Made by a program: the position numbers and the translations under genes
NCBI GenBank assembly: GCA_965657355.1
Contig: CBFHOE010000002.1
Span: forward strand, 288,001-352,000
Direction of reading: 5' to 3'
Length of the DNA stretch: 64,000 nt
DNA from: Limisphaerales bacterium
Lineage (GTDB): Bacteria; Verrucomicrobiota; Verrucomicrobiia; Limisphaerales; JAJOIW01
Shown here: piece after piece, positions 62,556-64,000 of the stretch
How the letters are laid out: every line of letters begins with the position of its first letter
How positions within the stretch are numbered: the first letter of the stretch is position 1
Notes under the pieces: model-generated
What the model was told of the DNA's origin: nothing
What the model saw: only the letters and a program-made list of their open reading frames with translations
The model's database searches: none

Positions 62556-62585
62556 AAAAAACACCTGGAAAAGATTTCCAGATGC
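62556..62585 (-). terminator. Intrinsic terminator after the NtrC-like regulator
   Basis: Minus strand GCATCTGGAAA-tct-TTTCCAGGTGT followed by a T-run. Confidence 0.75.
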
Positions 62586-62618
62586 TCCTAAATAAACGTA
62601 AAAAATTTGATATGTATT

Positions 62619-63965
62619 CTACACGGGAATACTGTAAGCCTTTATCTTGTTGTATAGTGTTTGTCTTCCGATCCCAAGTCTGCGAGCGGCTTCCAACTTA
62701 TTTCCACCAGTCTCTTTGAGGACCTGTTTAATGGTATTAAATTCCATAGCCTCCATGAGAGTTAATGAGGGCTCGGGCGACTCTTGAGGAGCGCTAGACT
62801 TGATAGACAAATCTTGGTGATCAATGTATTCGCCCTCACACATTAAAGCTGCTCTCTGAATTTCATTCTGCAACTGGCGGACATTGCCCGGCCAATCGTA
62901 TGATTTCAACTTCTCTTGAGCATTTTTGGTAAAACCTAAAACCTGCCGACCTGCCTGAGCTACGTATCTTTTTAAGAACATTTCACTGAGGGGAACAATA
63001 TCAGGAATGCGCTCCCTAAGAGGCGGTATATTTACTTCAATAGTGCCAATGCGGTAGTAAAGATCCTCTCTGAGTTTTCCTTCCTTAATGGCTTCATCAA
63101 CTTTACGGTTGGTCGCGGCAACGATCCGGCAATTGATTTTATAACTCTTTCTCCCCCCTACCCGGCGGGCCTCTCGCTCCTGAAGAACCCTCAGTAATTT
63201 ACTTTGGGTTTCGACCGGCATTTCTGAAAGCTCATCAAGAAAGAGAGTTCCACCTTCGGCTTGCGTAAACAATCCTTCTCTGTCGATAGCATCTGTATAA
63301 GCTCCTTTGACAGAACCAAATAATTCACTCTCTATCAAGTTCACAGGCAGAGCCGCGCAATTAATTTTTACCAAAGGACCGTTGTTTCTTTTGCTGGTAT
63401 TGTGTATGAGGTCGGCAACCACCTCTTTGCCTGTTCCGCTTTCGCCAATTATGAATACCGAGACATCTGTAGGGGCAACTCTTTCAATGGTCTTTAGAGC
63501 AGCTTTCATAGATGGACTTTGGAAAACGGGAGATTCACCACCCTTTAGTGTCGAAATGGCTTTCTTAAGATTGGCCGTTTCTTCATTCTGGACCTTTCTT
63601 TCCAATGCCCTTTCGAGGTGAATAAGCAATTGGTCCTGAGACTTGGCCAGACTACTTTTTTCTAAAAAGTGAAAAGCGCCTTTCTTCATCGACTCCACGA
63701 CTTTGTCAGTTGTGCTATTTCCAGTGAGGACAATTATCTCACATTGGCTCCATTTATCTTTTATAATGGGGATCAAGGTTAACCCGTCGGAATCGGGAAG
63801 CCCGAGATCCAATATGACAACGTCGACAGGGTCACCGCTAAAGCGCTCTTGTAAACCTTCACCGGAAGCAACCTCTTCTACATCATGAGAAGCCATCGTG
63901 AGGACATTTCTTAAGTAGTCCCTTATAGATGCTTCATCATCAACTATTAAAATTTTTGCGTTCAT
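62619..63965 (-). CDS. NtrC/AtoC-family response regulator (receiver, AAA+ and Fis-type HTH domains)
   Basis: ILIVDDE, phosphoacceptor LDLGLPD, GESGTGKE, ESELFG, LFLDE, REDLYYR, WPGNVRQL, AARRLGIGRQTLYNK. Confidence 0.95.
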   Translation of the reverse strand: MNAKILIVDDEASIRDYLRNVLTMASHDVEEVASGEGLQERFSGDPVDVVILDLGLPDSDGLTLIPIIKDKWSQCEIIVLTGNSTTDKVVESMKKGAFHFLEKSSLAKSQDQLLIHLERALERKVQNEETANLKKAISTLKGGESPVFQSPSMKAALKTIERVAPTDVSVFIIGESGTGKEVVADLIHNTSKRNNGPLVKINCAALPVNLIESELFGSVKGAYTDAIDREGLFTQAEGGTLFLDELSEMPVETQSKLLRVLQEREARRVGGRKSYKINCRIVAATNRKVDEAIKEGKLREDLYYRIGTIEVNIPPLRERIPDIVPLSEMFLKRYVAQAGRQVLGFTKNAQEKLKSYDWPGNVRQLQNEIQRAALMCEGEYIDHQDLSIKSSAPQESPEPSLTLMEAMEFNTIKQVLKETGGNKLEAARRLGIGRQTLYNKIKAYSIPV

Positions 63966-64000
63966 TAGTTAATGCGAACAACCAAGTGTTACCGTTTAAA

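Noticed and set aside
1..64000. CRISPR arrays, IS elements, integrases, prophage or rRNA genes
   Set aside because: No regularly spaced repeats, transposase or integrase motifs, tRNA 3' duplications or rRNA sequence were seen.

Overview
Bacterial chromosomal window, most likely from a low-GC member of Verrucomicrobiota (PVC superphylum). The assignment rests on the PVC signature small basic protein, the PVC-type EF-Tu switch I, a DUF1549/DUF1553 + DUF1501 pair, an H-X9-DG prepilin-like protein and RNase HIII. About 3.3-35 kb on the minus strand is one continuous translation/transcription supercluster: tRNA-Thr, tuf, tRNA-Trp, tRNA-Ser, secE, nusG, rplKAJL, rpoBC, rpsLG, fusA, then the S10, spc and alpha operons. 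tufA, rpmG, rpmD, adk and infA are absent from their usual positions. Left flank: xseA (partial), ymdB and a PQQ-like beta-propeller protein. The right half mixes housekeeping genes (rnhC, mutY, rluB-like, clpS, cimA, valS, suhB-like) with accessory genes: a KAP P-loop NTPase carrying an unusual Ala-rich N-terminal domain, a beta-propeller sensor kinase, a DUF1080 / ketose 3-epimerase / ribulokinase sugar module, a CAP-domain secreted protein and an NtrC-like regulator. I saw no CRISPR array, rRNA, transposase or prophage. The best leads are a large structured RNA in the rplJ-rplL spacer, a poly(T)13 tract in the promoter spacer of the secreted CAP protein (possible phase variation), the stand-alone KAP NTPase fusion, the clpS-DUF2017-PVC signature protein cluster, and the incomplete ketose/3-ketoglycoside pathway. 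All annotations come from reading motifs by eye; no database searches were run.
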